From: Octopus sinensis
Lineage: Eukaryota
Assembly: GCF_006345805.1 (NCBI RefSeq)
Contig: NC_043024.1
Location: 930,001 to 994,000 of the forward strand
Direction of reading: 5' to 3'
DNA length: 64,000 bases
A model generated the notes under the pieces. The model did no database searches, was not told the DNA's origin, and saw only the letters and a program-made list of their open reading frames with translations. The position numbers were made by a program, and so were the translations under genes. Positions 60,890 through 64,000 of this stretch are shown piece by piece (within the stretch, counting starts at the first letter, position 1; each line of letters begins with the position of its first letter).

Positions 60890-61699
60890 TTTGCAACAAT
60901 CACATGATGCCAAGACAAGGAGATACAAACAGACAAACACACACACAGACAACAGGCTTCTTTCAGTTTCCTTCTACCAAATTCACTCCCAAGGCTTGCG
61001 TCAACCCCGGATAATAGAACACACTTGCCTAAGGTGATGCGCAGTAGGATTGAACTCAAAGTCACGTGGTTGCAGAATGAGCTTCTTAAACCTCACATCT
61101 TTATTACAAGCCTCTCAAATGAGGGCAGAGTGAAATAACTGGATAAAAAAAAGGTGACATTTAAATGTAAAGGGCTCAATTGTGATGACGGTGAATTCAT
61201 ATTAACGGGAAGCAGAGAGGGGCTGCCCTGCTGCAGCTGTTAATATTGCTCTGTGTGTGCATGTGTGTGTGTGTGAGTAATATATATGCATATATTAGGA
61301 TGCTATCCAGGCAAGTAAGCGGATGCATATGTGTGTGTGTGTGTGTGGTGTGTGTGTGTGTGTTTTTATGTTCACACACACACACACACACAGACATACA
61401 TACATACACATGAATATATGTATAGTTGACACAATGTTATTTAGGCAGGTAAGAAAATGCACGAGTGTTTAATGTATACATACATGCATTTATGTACCTA
61501 TGTATACACACACATATATACACATACACACACACACATGCATATATGAAACAGACATACACATGCAGATATATAACACATACATATATACACATATCCA
61601 TACAATACATATACACACATATATACACATATACATGCACACACACAAACACATTGCATACACACACAAACATATGAACACACACATATCTATACACAT

Positions 61700-61736
<37 letters not shown>

Positions 61737-62454
61737 CAAATACGTGGGAGTGAACAGCTCTCTCCTCAAGAAAGTGTTGCTATGGCAATAGGGTTCCAGT
61801 GAAAAGCTATTGCAAACACGTGAAATGCTCTGCGAGGGGGGGAGGGAGGAGGGCTAAATGAAGAGACAGAGGGGGAGGGGGTTTGCACATGGCTTGTAGA
61901 GGAAGAGAGAGAAAAAAAAGGAGAGACTGACAGACAGACAGACATCTACAGTGATGTATATATATACTATCAAATAACCAGGCTCTCCTAAATAAACATT
62001 CCAGCACTCTGGCACAACTCCCCACCAACTGCCCCCCCTCATAAGTTTTTAAAAATCCTCCTGGTAAAGCACTCTACTGATATAAGAGTATATAATATAA
62101 TCTCTTATATATATATATATATATATATACATATATATATACACATACACACACACACACCAGTAGGTGTAGAAAGTAACTACACTGCTTGTTCACAAGT
62201 TCACTGTCACTATTCTTTCAACATCCATCTTTGCATGCAGACACGAGTCTGATGGAATTTGGTGAAGCAGATTTTCTAAGGCTGGATGCTCTTCCGGTTG
62301 CTAACCTTCACCTGTTTTCAAGTAAGGCAACAATATTTCCTTATGACCAGACCTTGCATGCAAGACAGTGGCAGTCACACAACTACCATGTGATGTCAAG
62401 GCAAGGAGACAACACACCATATATACATACATCATATATATATATAAAAATCCT

Positions 62455-62775
62455 GTGAGGGCACGTGGCTTAGTGGTTAGGGCATTCGGCTCATGATCAT
62501 AAGGTTGTGAGTTCGATTCCCGGCGACGCGTTGTGTCCTTGAGCAAGACACTTTATTTCACGTTGCTCCAGTCCACTCAGCTGGCAAAAATGAGTTGTAC
62601 TTGTATTTCAAAGGGTCAGCCTTGTCAATCTCTGTGTTACGCTGATTATCCCCGAGAACTATGTTAAGGGTACACGTGTCTGTGGAATGCTCAGCCATTT
62701 GCACGTTAATTTCACGAGCAAGCTGTTCCGTTGATCGTATCAGCTGGGACCCTCGTCGTCGTAACCGGCGGAGTC
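62455..62775 (+). mobile_element. SINE family C, full length
   Basis: tRNA head GGCACGTGGCTTAGTGGTTAGGGCATTCGGCTC...GAGTTCGATTCC, CORE-like GTCCTTGAGCAAGACACTTT, same tail as 40688 copy. Confidence 0.88.
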
Positions 62776-62834
62776 TTTTTTTTTATATAAAAATTCAGAC
62801 ACTCGCCCCAGATGCAGCACAGTGGGGTTGAACC

Positions 62835-63050
62835 AGAAACGTTAGCACGCCGGGCGAAATGCTTAGCGGTATTTCGTCTGTCTCTACGTTCTGAGTTCAA
62901 ATTCCGCCGAGGTTGACTTTGCCTTTCATCCTTTCGCAGTCGATAAATAAAGTACCAGTTACGCACTGGGGTCGATCTAATCGACTTATTCCCTTTGTCC
63001 GTCCTTGTTTGTCCCCTCTATGTTTAGCCCCTTGTGGGCAATAAAGAAAT
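62835..63050 (+). mobile_element. SINE family B, head slightly truncated
   Basis: CAGAAACGTTAGCACGCCGGGCGAAATGCTTAGC...GCCCCTTGTGGGCAATAAAGAAAT. Confidence 0.88.
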
Positions 63051-63562
63051 ATATATATATAAGTCCTGAGGTCAATCTGTTCGACTAAAGGCAGTGCTCC
63101 AGCATGGCCACAGTCAAATGACTGAAAGTATATATATATATATACATACATACATACACATATATACGCACACACAGACTTCCTTCAGTTTCTGTCTACC
63201 AAATCCATTCACATGGCTTTGGCCATCCTGAAGCTATATAGTAGAAGACACCTACCCAAGGTGCTATGCAGTGGGACTGAACCTAGAACCATGTGGTTGT
63301 GAAGCAAGCTTCTTACCACATCCACACTTAATTGGATAATTAGAATCAAAATCTCATAATGTGCATTTGAGAGCTCTTATTCCATTATTTGGGTTCCACA
63401 TGTTATCCTACAGCAGAGTATATACGTATCTCTAACATTTATGCTGATCAGTTTGTTGGATTTGGTGCCGAAAGTGGAAACTTTACAACGCTCAATGATT
63501 TTTGTTAATTAAGATCGTTTTCCGTATTTGGCAAATGTTGCCAAGAATCTGATCTGCTCTGT

Positions 63563-64000
63563 TGGAATTTTGTTGAGATTGTAAAGTCCTGCACAATTAT
63601 GGCTTGCATTTATTGCAGCCGTTTGTGTGGAGCACATTCTGTCGCAGAAAGCCAAGAATTTGATTGCAGGAGGCTGTGCAACGCAACTTTTGACAAGGAA
63701 AGTGACAGAAAGGTCAGTAATATGTATTTGTTGAAAAACGAAAATAACACCACCACCAAAAACAAAACAAGCGATTTGTGAGAGAAAACGCAAAGCAGAT
63801 TCACAGGTCATTAAAAATTTCTCACAGGCTTTAACGATACAAACGATAACTTCAGTTGGCACTTGAAAGTTGGTTGTTTCAAGCATTGCAGCCAGAACTG
63901 AGCAGCGCCAACATGATGCAGCTCAACAAACGCTGTGAGGATATGCTGTGAAGTGTTACAGAAAAGCAAGGATGCCAGCTCCTGTCAGATGCATGGCTTT
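63563..64000 (+). pseudogene. Degenerate hAT-superfamily transposase (BED finger plus DUF659-like region), running off the window
   Basis: WNFVEIVKSCTIMACIYC (BED-like W..F...CxxC) from 63563; after frameshifts SWLFQALQPELSSANMMQLNKRCEDML*SVTEKQGCQLLSDAW resembles the DUF659 G(C/V)TLxxDGW motif. Family call is by motif recall only. Confidence 0.55.

Noticed and set aside
61776-61789. RFX X-box-like GTTGCTATGGCAAT
   Set aside because: Two mismatches to the palindromic consensus and no nearby gene start identified.
255-63886. The many IYIY/CVCV/THTH/LSLS/poly-Ile ORFs in the six-frame track
   Set aside because: They are translations of di- and trinucleotide microsatellites and SINE bodies, with no domain signal or splice support.
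63509-63886. 125-aa minus-strand ORF as a host gene
   Set aside because: Closed by upstream in-frame stops, no recognisable domain, and better explained as the antisense shadow of a transposase relic.

Overview
AT-rich, repeat-saturated eukaryotic genomic DNA. The SINE families and microsatellite style point to a coleoid cephalopod, most likely Octopus (inference, no database search run). Nearly all ORFs in the supplied track are artefacts of (TA)n/(CA)n/(GA)n/(AAT)n tracts and SINEs. The one host gene I can support is absent from that track: a minus-strand, homeobox-like-domain ceramide synthase (CerS/LASS family) read from four phase-compatible internal exons (12307-12181, 10990-10884, 5875-5818, 727-677). 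It runs off the left edge, and its N-terminal coding exon was not found in the 51 kb upstream. Other content: an intronless tRNA-Leu(CAA) with a T-loop A58>T change next to a tRNA-Glu remnant; at least three tRNA-headed SINE families; RTE-type LINE fragments and tails; a decayed Penelope-like element; Tc1/mariner and hAT transposase relics; Helitron, piggyBac-like and hAT non-autonomous elements; and a 32-bp GC-rich minisatellite. The most unusual signal is a set of fold-back palindromes and short repeats carrying minimal Penelope-type hammerhead-ribozyme folds, including an apparent G3-C8 core-swap variant duplicated in inverted orientation inside a CerS intron. SINE labels A/B/C and repeat label D are my own working names; only representative copies are listed and most repeat boundaries are approximate.
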